Shown: piece after piece, positions 40,760 through 51,125 of the stretch
Layout of the letters: each line of letters opens with the position of its first letter
Numbering within the stretch: position 1 is the first letter of the stretch
Assembly (NCBI GenBank): GCA_039621445.1
Contig: CP154954.1
Span: 44,743,847-44,807,846 of the forward strand
Direction of reading: 5' to 3'
Origin: Euglena gracilis
Lineage: Eukaryota
Length of the DNA stretch: 64,000 nucleotides
Notes under the pieces: generated by a model
What the model saw: the letters and a program-made list of their open reading frames with translations, nothing else
What the model was told of the DNA's origin: nothing
Database searches by the model: none
Made by a program: the position numbers and the translations under genes

Positions 40760-43743
40760 GGTGCTGTGTGGTTTCCAACGGGAGGTGTCCACACCCCCCT
40801 CTTGCAGAATCTCTTTGGTGAGAGAATTCACTCTGTCTGAGGTCAAAGGCCTTTTCCCATCCAAAAACCATAACAAAATATTTTTGTGTCCAACCATGTT
40901 GGCTGTCCTCCCCACATATTCTTGCAATAAATGCCAGGGGCTTATGAGTGGGCTGTGTGGCAGATTCATTACCTCCTCCCACCTGGGGTACTGCCACCCT
41001 TTCCTTTTGTAACAAGATGATTTTTTTTCTCCCAGGAAACTGATCTTTCGCTGGGTTCTGGCACAACCCCCCCCCCCTGTGGATGGCCAACAGCCTCCAA
41101 CAAATGATAAGCCTTTTCGTAAGGTCTTTCAAAGACAATTCTGAGAGGGGTTCAGAGTATTTCCTTAGTCTCCATATAAATTCTGTTGTATCCCAAAAAC
41201 TGGCATACCTAGCAACATTTAAATTCCACTTTCTTTTCAGTGGAGCCAGAAGGAGAGAAAACCTCAATGAACAAAACGTTGGGAGTAACAAAGCTGCCGC
41301 ATATGCATTTCGAGCAGTTCTGAGGCTGTGAATAGCAAGCTCCAGGACGGCCTCAGCCATCTTGTGGGACTGCGCAGTCCTGCAGGGGAACCCTTTGTGC
41401 GACAATTGGCCAACCAATGTCCTGAAGGCTGAGTCACATACTTTCAGATTGCCCATGTTTTTTATCCAAGTGTCGATACTGGACACCGAAACTTCCTGGG
41501 ATTGTAATTTTTTCCTGATACAATCAAGCAGGCCAAATTCCACCTGGAGGTGGGGGGCATCTCCTCCCCCCAGCAGTTGGTGAACAGGCCCCACTGGGGA
41601 GGCACCAGCAAAACTTTGCTGCCTAGCTGTCTGATGGACATTAATTGGCGCCACCATGATGTCGAAGCCCGGTGGGGTACGATTAACAAACAAATTAATT
41701 CTGGTTTAAGAACTAATCTCTGGACCCACTGGTCCATGGATGCTCCAGGGATGGTTTGCATAAACTTGGGTGAGACCCCTTAAATATGCCTTCAGGGCAT
41801 GCACCAGCAAAGCCCCTTGGTGGGGGTATCGACAGATGAACTTGGTAGATTTTTTGTTGCTGGGTGTGAAAAGCATGACCACCTCTAGGGTGATGTTTGC
41901 TTCAGAATTTGGTGAAGGATGTTTAGGTTTAGGGTATAATCCCCTGGTTATTTTTGCTCCCTGGTCAGGGAGTCTGCCAATTGCTCCTAGGTGGGAACCC
42001 AAACCACCTGCAAGTTGATTTTGCTTTTCCTGACAATGGTCCTGTAGGGGTTTGAGTTTTTGTCCAGCCCAACCCCGCACTGCCAGGTGCTGCTGCTCAA
42101 GTACAAGGACAGTTCCTGTGATGCCTGGGATTGAAATGCCCTGCCCAAACCTGGCTGTAAAAATTATTCAGTTCCACAATTGGATCCTTGACCCCCTGTG
42201 GAATGGCCAGGGGGTGTTCCAAACCTTGGTGTGTAACGCCACTATTTTGCAAAGTTGATCTGTCAGAATTCTGAAAAATGAGGATAGAACTGAGTTTTGT
42301 GCAAGCTCATTTTTTTGTTTTCACCACCTTTCCTAAACTCCATTCTTAGTTGTCCTCTTTCAAATTGATCCACTGGCCAAATGCTTTATTTCCTGTGGGG
42401 GTTCCAGACAGTATTTGGGGAGGTTTAGTCTGAAACCTGCCAGAAATAGATCCTATTTCATGTCTATCAAATGCTGGGATGCTGTCTTTTTTCTGGGGTC
42501 TAACAGCAAAATGTCGTCCAGGTAGACCAAAACTACCTTTCCCTCCTTTCTACACTTCCTTTCGCAGACCCTCATGATGATCGTGGTAGGCTGCTTAAGC
42601 CGACGCATGCAACTTGAACCGCCCAGGTTTGGGGATCGCCGTGGGTTGGTCCACGACTATGCGATATCCCGGAGCGGCACTGCGGGCTCAGGAAGCTGCC
42701 TGGCGGGAGACTGTTGAACCGCCAGGTGAGGGCCTCCTTTGTTCCAAACCGTAGTCTGGAGGAAGACGCTAGCCGAGGTCGTGGGTTCGATTCCCGTGTC
42801 GGAAATTGACGTCCGGCTCGGGACGGCGAGAGGCACCGGCCCCTCCTGGGGCATCAAACACAAGCCGTAAAACAAAAACCCCACACAGGTTTCCCCCCCA
42901 CATGCATGCAAACAAATTTTCCATGCTGTTGTGCAACTTTAACTGAAATAAGCATCTGTGAGGTCGTTTTTTCCACAAAAACCAGCCTTTTCTTAAATAT
43001 TGGAAAACGTTTCTCATGTGTTCCTGTCTGAATTTCTGGGGGGTGAAGTGGAGGTTTAATTGTCGACAGTCTTAAATTAGGATTTTCTTTGTCTTTTCCT
43101 CCTCTGTTTTGGAAATGATGAAATAAGGGACAAAATGTTTTGCCTCCTCTGGGGGGATTTGCCTGGTTGCCCCTGCACATTCGTATTCCCTCATCTTTTT
43201 GGCTGTCATAATATCTTGGGGGGATTTGAAATGAACTTTTAAGGACATTTGGGAGGGGAGGGGAAGATCTGCCACAACCCCTTCCCTTCTCAGGTTTAAT
43301 ACCTCTCTGCTGGCTCCTGCCTTGACCCAATGGTGGATGCTGGCCTGCGGGACCCTGTAAGGGGGAACCCCTTGTTGTAATGTGTCCGGGGATCCGCAGG
43401 CCCCAGCACTGGGGCCTCTCCCCCTGGCTGCCCTATCACCGGGGTCCCAGATGGAGGGCTGCCCAGAGCCAGGCTTTCCCTTTGACTGTGAAATGTGGAG
43501 GGGGAAAGTCTGCAGTGGTGTGGTGCACATAAAACAGAAGGGGCAGGGCTGCTCCTTATCTTTGGGGGGGGGGGGCCTGTCTGAGCCAAGCTTGGGCCTC
43601 CCCCCCCAAGGGCTGTTGTGATGCTGCAGAGTTCGAATAAAACGGCCTCCACTGGCCTCAAGATCTTGAAAACTCCACTGGCATCCATTGGCCTCCTGAT
43701 CTTCAGTGAAAGGGCGTCCACTGCCCCGAGATCATGAACCTTC
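40760..43743 (-). mobile_element. Decayed DIRS-type retrotransposon: RT, RNase H, Dam-like MT, tyrosine recombinase
   Basis: FVPYFIISK...DCRQLN, DLTDAY and VLVYLDDILL (RT); VVWVP...ADSL (RH); FICRYP...VYANHPW (MT); RLIICWRLLAIHR and LTSDRVNSLTKEILQEGGVDTSRWKPHST (YR). Many stops and frameshifts. Confidence 0.8.
42742..42804 (+). other. tRNA-like fragment lacking an anticodon arm, inside a ~280-bp insertion (~42580-42860) in the DIRS RT
   Basis: D-stem GTCT/AGAC and T-arm GTGGG-TTCGATT-CCCGT (B box); imperfect acceptor stem. Confidence 0.4.
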
Positions 43744-44550
43744 TGTTCACCGGGTTCGCCACCCCCGGGCCGCCGGTCGCCCCCGCGACCGCCGAGTCCC
43801 TTCGCGCCGAGGGCCCCGGGGGATCCTCGCCGGTGGGGAGGACCACCGACAGGGGGGGTGGTGTTTCCGGGGTGGGGCCTGCGCTTTCTCCGGGGGTTGG
43901 TGGGCTCAAGTCAACCCCCGTTTTTTCACCCAGGTGGTTTCCCCAACCCCAGCCGGTGCGTAGGACCGTTTTTTGAATGGTTTCCGATAATTTGGTGAAA
44001 ACTGAAAAATCTGCCATTTTGATTGCAAATCTCACTTCTCTCCTCTCCCTCTCTCGCACAAAAACCAACCCACTGAACCTTGGAACTTTGAAGTCAAAAC
44101 TGAAAGAAACTTGAATTCTGAAACTCCGAAACTTGAGTGAGAAGACACTTGAAACTGAATCTGTGAAATGTGAATGTATGAAATGTGCAAACCTTGGGGC
44201 AAGGAGCGTTCGGTGAAGGAGGCGAAGGCGGTGATATAGAGGGGTGGGCGGTGGTGTTTAAGGCTCCTTCAATACAATTGACTTCAATGGATAATGACCA
44301 ACAATGAAACTCAGCTTGCAATTACAAATCAAAGTCCAATTGCCAAATTCAATACAATAGTATTCCTTCTTGCCAAATATTGGGGAAACCCCTCAAGTTC
44401 TGTGAAAATGACAAATTTGAAGGCGCTTAGAAATTTGACCCGCTTCCAATTTAAGTCGCGGGTTTTTTTAATTGATTGGCTGTTACCCGCGACTTTGTAA
44501 TTTGCGTCTTCTGGCAATTTTTGGCTGCCGTCGAAAGCCGGTGGCCGACA
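43744..44550 (-). repeat. 3' LTR
   Basis: Preceded on the minus strand by the polypurine tract at 44551-44560. Confidence 0.95.
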
Positions 44551-44964
44551 CCCCCTCCCTTGCGACCTTAGTCGGACCCCAAAAATTCGCCCCCCCCCCG
44601 TTCCTCAACAACGGGGGGGATATCCTCCATTCGGCACTCTTTCATCCAAAGCCTATGTCCCACACCCATTCTCCCTTGAATCAACAAATGGGAAACAAAC
44701 TTCAGGAACTATGGCTTTCAAGTGCCTTCAAACCTTTGGGAAAGACTTGGTTCACCAACCAATGAATATTAGGTAGCCCCCCCCCCCCCCCGCTTCTCAC
44801 GGGTGGTATGAGGGCTCCCAAACCAAAATCCTGTCCCCCCCCCCCTTTTTTCATTTCCACGGGCCTTCACCGGGTCGATTCTTGGTTTTAAAAAAGGGTT
44901 CGGTTTGTAGCACAACCACCCCCTTGGGTCGGCGGTGACTTTTTGATCACAAAAAAATTCGAAA

Positions 44965-45195
44965 ATCGCCCCCCCCCCCTTCCTCGGGCCGGGGGATTTT
45001 TGTCAAAAAAATCGAACGCCCCCCCTCCTCGGGCCGGGGGATTTTTGTCAAAAAAAATCGAACGCCCCCCCCCCTCCTCGGGCCGGGGGGATTTTTGTCA
45101 AAAAATCAAGGCCCCCCCTGGGCCGGGGGTAATTTTTGTCAAAAATTCAAGCCCCCCCCCCTCCTCGGGCTGGGGAGATTTTTGTCAAAAACTCT
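44965..45195. repeat. About 45-bp tandem repeats in the element's 3' non-coding region
   Basis: About five copies of CCTCGGGCCGGGGGATTTTTGTCAAAA. Confidence 0.85.
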
Positions 45196-45759
45196 GTCCC
45201 CTTAACCAACCGAGTGAGGGCTCATAAAGTGACCAAGGACTCCCAACCACAGTGTAATCCATCCTCATCCACACATCCGAATGATTTAGGAAGGAACCCT
45301 TATAACACCACCGCGTGACCGTAATGCGACGGGAAGCAACGCGAGGGGTAGGGAGAGGGAGAGGGAAGAGCGGACGGCAGTATACGGCAAATATAGTAAG
45401 CAACGGTGGAGTGGGGGGTACTGTTCATGCATAAAGTGGTGCCCCCTGGTGGGGCATTCACACTCCTGGCCCCCTTGCGGGGCCTTTTTCTGCCTTTCTC
45501 CATTCTCTTTCCATGGCAGATTCCCATTGTTTGAGCTTGGACATTCTCTCCTTCACACACTCGTGCGCATTTGCGCCCACATACACACACGCACACACAC
45601 AGACATGCAAATCCGGATTTTGAATTTTAATCATGGGGAAAAAAACAGCACTTTGCCTTCCCTCAATCTTGTGTCAAGGCCTCCTAGCTCACTCAAGAGC
45701 TTATGGCCCACCGTCAATTTTTAGTTTGGACATTACGTCCACTTTCACTTTTTTCTCAC

Positions 45760-47307
45760 GACAATATTTCACAAACTCTTCACTGAATCTGTGAATGAAA
45801 TTTACATCTGGTTCCCAGGTTTCCTCCCCGTCCTCATATTCGACCCACTTGGTCAAAAATTCTCATTTTCCATATTTTCCTTTCCGGTGCCTTACGATTT
45901 TTTCCACCTCCCACTCATCAGGTAATGCCTCTTCTTCTTTTTCGGTCCGTTTATAATTAAAAAGAGGCACCCCCTTACCTTCCACTTGGAGTTCCCGATA
46001 CTCCTTCAAAAAACTCCTATGAGCTTTTGTCTCCACCCCAGGCTTCATCTCAATTACATAACTCCGATCCCCTTCTCTACCCTTCACGACCCCAGGTCCC
46101 ACCCACCTAGAGTCAAGCTTCTCGGGGTTCCATTTCTTTCCTCCCCTTATTTATCCTTGCCACCTCCTCCTCATGCTTTTTGTTGAGTATCCTAGCCACC
46201 CTCCCATCAATGTCTTGCATCCTTCGGAAAAACTCCACCGAATCCTCACATTCTTTGGGTGGTTGGTAGGGTACCCCTGCCAATGGTCTTTTCTTTCCAG
46301 TCACAATTTCATATGGTCTCAATCCGCTTTCCCCTTTTACGTCATGAATTCGGTCCAAAACTTGGGGTAAAGCTTCAACCCAATTAATTTTTTCCTCCAC
46401 GTACAATTTTCTCAACACCTCCATTACCTGTTGTCCGGCTCTCTCAACCCTCCCGTTTGCTTGTGGTGGTATGCTTGGGAATACGCTTGCCTAATCCCCA
46501 AAAGAGCACACATGTTTTTCCACCAAGTGCTTGTAAAATGGCTCCCTTGGTCACTTGAGATGACCGAGGGAACCCCAAAAGGCCTCCACTGATTTTTCAC
46601 CATTTCCTTAGCCAACCTGGCCCCGGTTAATCCCTTGTCCTTGCATGCAACCCCACAATCCAACCCGAAAGCCTATCCACACAAAGGGCTAGGGTGTCGT
46701 ACTCCCCCCCGTCGTGTAAAACCCTTGGCATTCGAAACAAATCGATGGCAACACTTGTCATTAGTGCAGGGGGTATGCGTGTGGAGTCGATCGGTCCTTT
46801 CAAACTCTCCCCCCTCACACTCGCTTGGCATGTGGAACAATTTTTGCTGCAATTTTGGTTGAGTTGCTTTGCAGCCTTTTCATCAGCCCAAACAAAACGG
46901 ATTGTCATGTGTTTCCAAACTTTTTCAGGGCCAACGTGCCCCAAAAACCCGTGATTTTCTTGAATCACCAAGGGTTGGAAACTTTCAGGCACACACAACT
47001 TTTCCTCGAAAAACAGTTGACCGTTCAATACTTTATAGCTTTTGGGCCAAACTGAACCACCTTTGGTAGCCTCCCATTTTTCTTTCCATGTGGGGCATCG
47101 GGAATATGCTTCCCCCCAATCACGCTCCCATACGGGCTTAATATCCTTAGGGGTCGTACTGGGCAGGGCGTCCCCCACTTCCATACGAGTGTTCCCCATC
47201 GAACTTTCAGCCGTCTCCGGGACAGGGGTCGTCTCCCCCCCCCACTTTCTCATCCCAAAAATGAATTCGTTTCTTTTCTTTCCTGGGCCCTTGTGAGTGG
47301 GTGTCAA
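45760..47307 (-). CDS. pol: Integrase and C-terminal chromodomain (frameshifted)
   Basis: H-GH...C-xx-C zinc motif, VAIDLF, CVDRLSG, ISSDQGSHF; EWEVEKIVRHR...FLTKW...EETWEP chromodomain. Confidence 0.9.
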
Positions 47308-47409
47308 CAGGGGTGTCTTTTCCTCCTGTGTCTACCACACCCTCGGTTCCCCTCCTTGTGCACTCTCCTTTTTCCTCCTCAGGTGTTACGTTTTTGCCAC
47401 TACGGGTTG

Positions 47410-48769
47410 TCACCCCCCGTATCCACCCATCCAGGCATTACGTAAATTGGGCTGGCTTTTGATTCTTATCTCCAAACACTGTTTTTCCTCTTCTTTTTCC
47501 TCCCGGATAAAATTTTCCATTTCATCCTTGTCGTCGGCTGACCCGTGCTTACTTATGTCCCTTAGGGCTTGTGAAGCTGGGTATGCCCACAGACTAAGGA
47601 TATCAACTATGGTATTTTCTTTACCCGGGATATATCCCACCTTCAAGTCATACTTGGAGAAAATTTGATGCCATCTCGCCCTCCTCCCAACCGGACCACT
47701 GGGGGTGTCTAGGACCTCCCTTGTCCAAGACTCCAAACTTTGGTGGTCGGTTAAAACCAAAACGGGTTGCAATCCAATCCAACTCTCCCATTTTTGTAGT
47801 GCCAAAATTATGGCGTACGTCTCCAACTCCCTAGGGGTCCATTTTCTTTGCCCCTCGGTCAATTTTCGGGACATAAAAGCCACTGGCACAGTTTTTTTCT
47901 CAATCACATCTTGGGCTGTGGGTCTTCCTCCCCCCTCCTTCATTTGCTCTAACGTTGCCCCCACGGCGTATCCACTGGCATCAACCCTTAGCACAAAGGG
48001 TTTATCTGGGTCTACCCGTTGCAACATTAGGCCCGAACACAACCTTTTTTTCAGCTCCTCAAAGGCTTTTAAATCCTCCCCATCAAATTCCACAGGTTTT
48101 CGACTTCCTTTCTTTCCCACCTCCCTGGGGACTTTCAATTTGTCTTGCAGCCGTGCAGCTACTTCCGCATACATGTGAATGTTATGCATTGTAATAATTT
48201 GTGAATCCCAAAAAGGCTCTCAAAGCCGTAATTGTTTTTGGAACCTCCCACCTTTCGATCACTCGTAACTTACCCGGTGCAGGCCTCCTAGTCCCGTTTC
48301 CTAAAATTTGTCCACAAAATTCGACCTCCTCAACGAAAAGTTTGGCTTTGAATTCATCAGCCACCAACAGTTCTGTTTTGAGCACTTCCAACACCCTCCT
48401 CAAATCTTTTTCATGTGCCCCCACTAGATCCTCCCCTTCCCCGACCGTTGTCCCCACCAGTATGTCGTCTATGTACCCTGTGGCGATATCCCTTACTGGT
48501 GTCAAACGGTCGTCGATCATTTGCTGAAATTGCTGGGGGGCATTTGTCAAACCCATTACGTTCACCCTCCACTGAAAAATTCCTTTGAAGGTAAAACAAC
48601 ACGTTATGGGTCGACTTTCTGGGTGCAGAGGTTGTTGGTGAAAAGCTTGCTTCAAATCGATGATCGAAAACATTTGGTTTGCACCATGTTTGACCAAAAT
48701 GTCTTCAATTTTGGGTAGGGGGTAGTTGCATCGCCTTGTTTGGCTGTTTGTGCCCCTGAGGTCCACCAC
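47410..48769 (-). CDS. pol: Reverse transcriptase and RNase H (in-frame stop at 48182, frameshifts)
   Basis: IDLKQAFHQ, MGLTNAP, GYIDDIL, LRAFLGFTNYY; VLRVDASGYAVGA, ELETYAI, LTDHQSL. Confidence 0.95.
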
Positions 48770-49779
48770 CCCTCTCCAAGGAAAATCGTTCGATTTTTTT
48801 GGAACTGGAAAAGTCTGGGACAGCCATTCAGAATTTTTGGCTGTGGCTGGCTGAATGTATTTTTTTTGTCAAGCCAGTCTTGTGCGATTTTTTCAAGTGC
48901 CTCTTTCCGCTCACCGTGCATGAAAAAACGCTTCTGTCTGGTTGGTTTTGCAGGTATGTATGCATAACCATATTGTCGTCTTTCGTGGGGGTCTGGAAAT
49001 GGTGATGACCGAAATACCGTCCCCCGGTAATCTTCCAAAACTTGTTCCCTCAACTTGACTACCCGTTCCTCCTCTTTTTTGTTCTCCCCCTCCCTTGCAA
49101 TTATCATTCGGTTGATAACTTGCATTGGGGGGTCACTTCCCTCCAAATTCGTGGCAACCTCCCCCAGGTCCTCATCGCTCAAAAATTGCAATTCCTGGTC
49201 CAACCCCTGCAATGGCAAACAAAGCCCAAGTTTTTGCAACCGAAACGAAGACCCGTCTGCCACAGTCACATTGTCCACTGAAAATTTTTTGTCATCACTG
49301 AATTTTTGCGGACCCCTCCGTTTTTCAACACCCCGCAAAAAAATCTGGTCGGGGCTGTCTTTCACCAACGCCTTGTGGTGTGGAAAAATTCCAAGTTTTG
49401 CCTCCGCCAACCATGGATAAGAAAGAATGGCATCAACTTTGATGTTTGCCTCATAAAATTCAACCTCATATTCCACCCTCTCAATTTCCCTTTCCTCATT
49501 CCATTTTTGTTGTAGGATCATTTTCACCTTTTCACATCTGCTCCCCCCCGCCAAAGTTTGCCCATTGGCAGTTTCAGACCTTAACGGGTCCTTAGCAGGA
49601 TACATTAGGTGGTCCCCTATCAACCCTTGTCGAATGAGGTTTGCCTCCGCCCCCGTATCAATCAAAATTCTGGCCGTTTTTTCCTCCCCATTTGCCAACT
49701 TAATCTGGGTTTTTAACAGAAGTTGTCTGTCCTCCCCGAGTTTCTTCGATCCTCCCCGAGTTTTCGTCCCCCTCAACAT
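48652..49779 (-). CDS. pol: Aspartic protease and start of RT
   Basis: ILIDTGAEAN catalytic motif and the downstream DAILSYPWL. Confidence 0.88.
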   Translation of the reverse strand: MLRGTKTRGGSKKLGEDRQLLLKTQIKLANGEEKTARILIDTGAEANLIRQGLIGDHLMYPAKDPLRSETANGQTLAGGSRCEKVKMILQQKWNEEREIERVEYEVEFYEANIKVDAILSYPWLAEAKLGIFPHHKALVKDSPDQIFLRGVEKRRGPQKFSDDKKFSVDNVTVADGSSFRLQKLGLCLPLQGLDQELQFLSDEDLGEVATNLEGSDPPMQVINRMIIAREGENKKEEERVVKLREQVLEDYRGTVFRSSPFPDPHERRQYGYAYIPAKPTRQKRFFMHGERKEALEKIAQDWLDKKNTFSQPQPKILNGCPRLFQFQKNRTIFLGEGWWTSGAQTAKQGDATTPYPKLKTFWSNMVQTKCFRSSI

Positions 49780-49787
49780 TCATTTTT

Positions 49788-51107
49788 TCAGCCGAACCAA
49801 TTTTTTCTTCCCTGCGGCTGCCACCCCCCCCCCTTGGAGGGTTGCCTTCTGTCAATCAACAAGGCCCACACCCCCCAACGGGTACCCCTCAAAATCCTCC
49901 CATCAGCCTCAAACAACTTTGTCCCCTTGGGAAAATAAATCTTTTTGACAGCCATAACCACCAGATTTTTCACCCACCTCCTATTCCAGTCTGGACATAT
50001 GCAAATCGCCTGACAATTGGAATTTTGCAATTTTTCAGCCACCTCCGGCCACAAATTCCAGAGGGGGTTCATCCACAACGTTTCCTCCGCCCCCCAATCC
50101 TTTTTCATGGCATCATCATCCTCCCCGTAAAACTTTTCACACCTAGCATTTTGGCTGGTTGCAAAACAATCCCGTTCCGCCTTAACCCGAAATTCCTTCT
50201 CAATTTCCTCCACACAAACTTTCCTAACAGCATAATCCTCCCTACGATATCCGCTTTTTCGTTCCAACACGGTTAACAAATACTCCACCAGTTGTTTGGG
50301 CATCCTCCATTTTTTCTGGGTGCCAACTGTCATTCCATATCCTCCCAACTTTTCTCGGTGACTCCTCCCCCCAGGAATCAAATTCGGACAGGTCTGGCCA
50401 TCACAAAGTTTGTTTTGTAGCTTGCTCAGATTTTCGCTCCCCCAGATTCGGGTGGGCTTTTGATATCCCCAATCTGAAAACTGACAATAGTCATCATCGA
50501 CAAAAGTCAGGTTTTGAACACAGGGTCTTTTCCGCAAAAGTCCATGACGGGGATTTTCAATCCACCACAACTTTGGTTTGAAATATTCGACAATCTCCAA
50601 AGTTTTTTTGACCAGCCGATCTGCCCCCTCCAAATTTCTGACTCCCAATGTTTTGGCCAAGCTATATTCTGTACAGGGCACTCCTGCAGCGATGATCTGA
50701 AAATATCCGGGGGGGTACCTCCAATATCTCCACTCCAAAATATTTGCACAGTGGGTTGGGTTAAATCTGGGGTTTATGTCCACTGACACAACCTTAAAAC
50801 CCTGCTCTCTGAGGCAATCCCCAACCGAGCCTTTACCGCAAAAAAGGTCTAAAGCTCTTTTCTTTACGGAAGGCTGTGCACGACCTCTTATGAGGTCTGT
50901 TGTTTTACAGATTTGGGCTGAATCACAGATTTGCACGTCACGCACACACGGACCCAACACACTGGACACACCTTGCGCAGAGATCTCCTGGGATGGCAGA
51001 TTTTTCATCGTGTTTTCATTCGCACGAGATTTCTCATGCCACCTGGGATTTGCGTATGTCTTTGTGTGGGTCTGGGTATGCGAGCCCGGGACGGCTCCCG
51101 CCCCCAA
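49788..51107 (-). CDS. Fused C5-cytosine DNA methyltransferase (~50274-50860) and Dam-like N6-adenine methyltransferase (~49851-50240)
   Basis: C5 motifs: ALDLFCGKGS (I), VVSVD (II), GVPCTEYS (IV), WIENP (VI), QKPTRIW (VIII-like). Dam-like motifs: RDCFA...NARCEKFY...DAMKKDW...LWMNPLW...ICPDW. Confidence 0.85.
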   Translation of the reverse strand: MGAGAVPGSHTQTHTKTYANPRWHEKSRANENTMKNLPSQEISAQGVSSVLGPCVRDVQICDSAQICKTTDLIRGRAQPSVKKRALDLFCGKGSVGDCLREQGFKVVSVDINPRFNPTHCANILEWRYWRYPPGYFQIIAAGVPCTEYSLAKTLGVRNLEGADRLVKKTLEIVEYFKPKLWWIENPRHGLLRKRPCVQNLTFVDDDYCQFSDWGYQKPTRIWGSENLSKLQNKLCDGQTCPNLIPGGRSHREKLGGYGMTVGTQKKWRMPKQLVEYLLTVLERKSGYRREDYAVRKVCVEEIEKEFRVKAERDCFATSQNARCEKFYGEDDDAMKKDWGAEETLWMNPLWNLWPEVAEKLQNSNCQAICICPDWNRRWVKNLVVMAVKKIYFPKGTKLFEADGRILRGTRWGVWALLIDRRQPSKGGGWQPQGRKNWFG

Positions 51108-51125
51108 CGGTCCACCCCGGCTGTC

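Noticed and set aside
40572-40760. GLGLGL tail of the 373-aa ORF
   Set aside because: Translation of the telomeric repeat, not a protein feature.
42742-42804. Functional tRNA gene
   Set aside because: No anticodon arm and a poor acceptor stem; kept only as tRNA-like.
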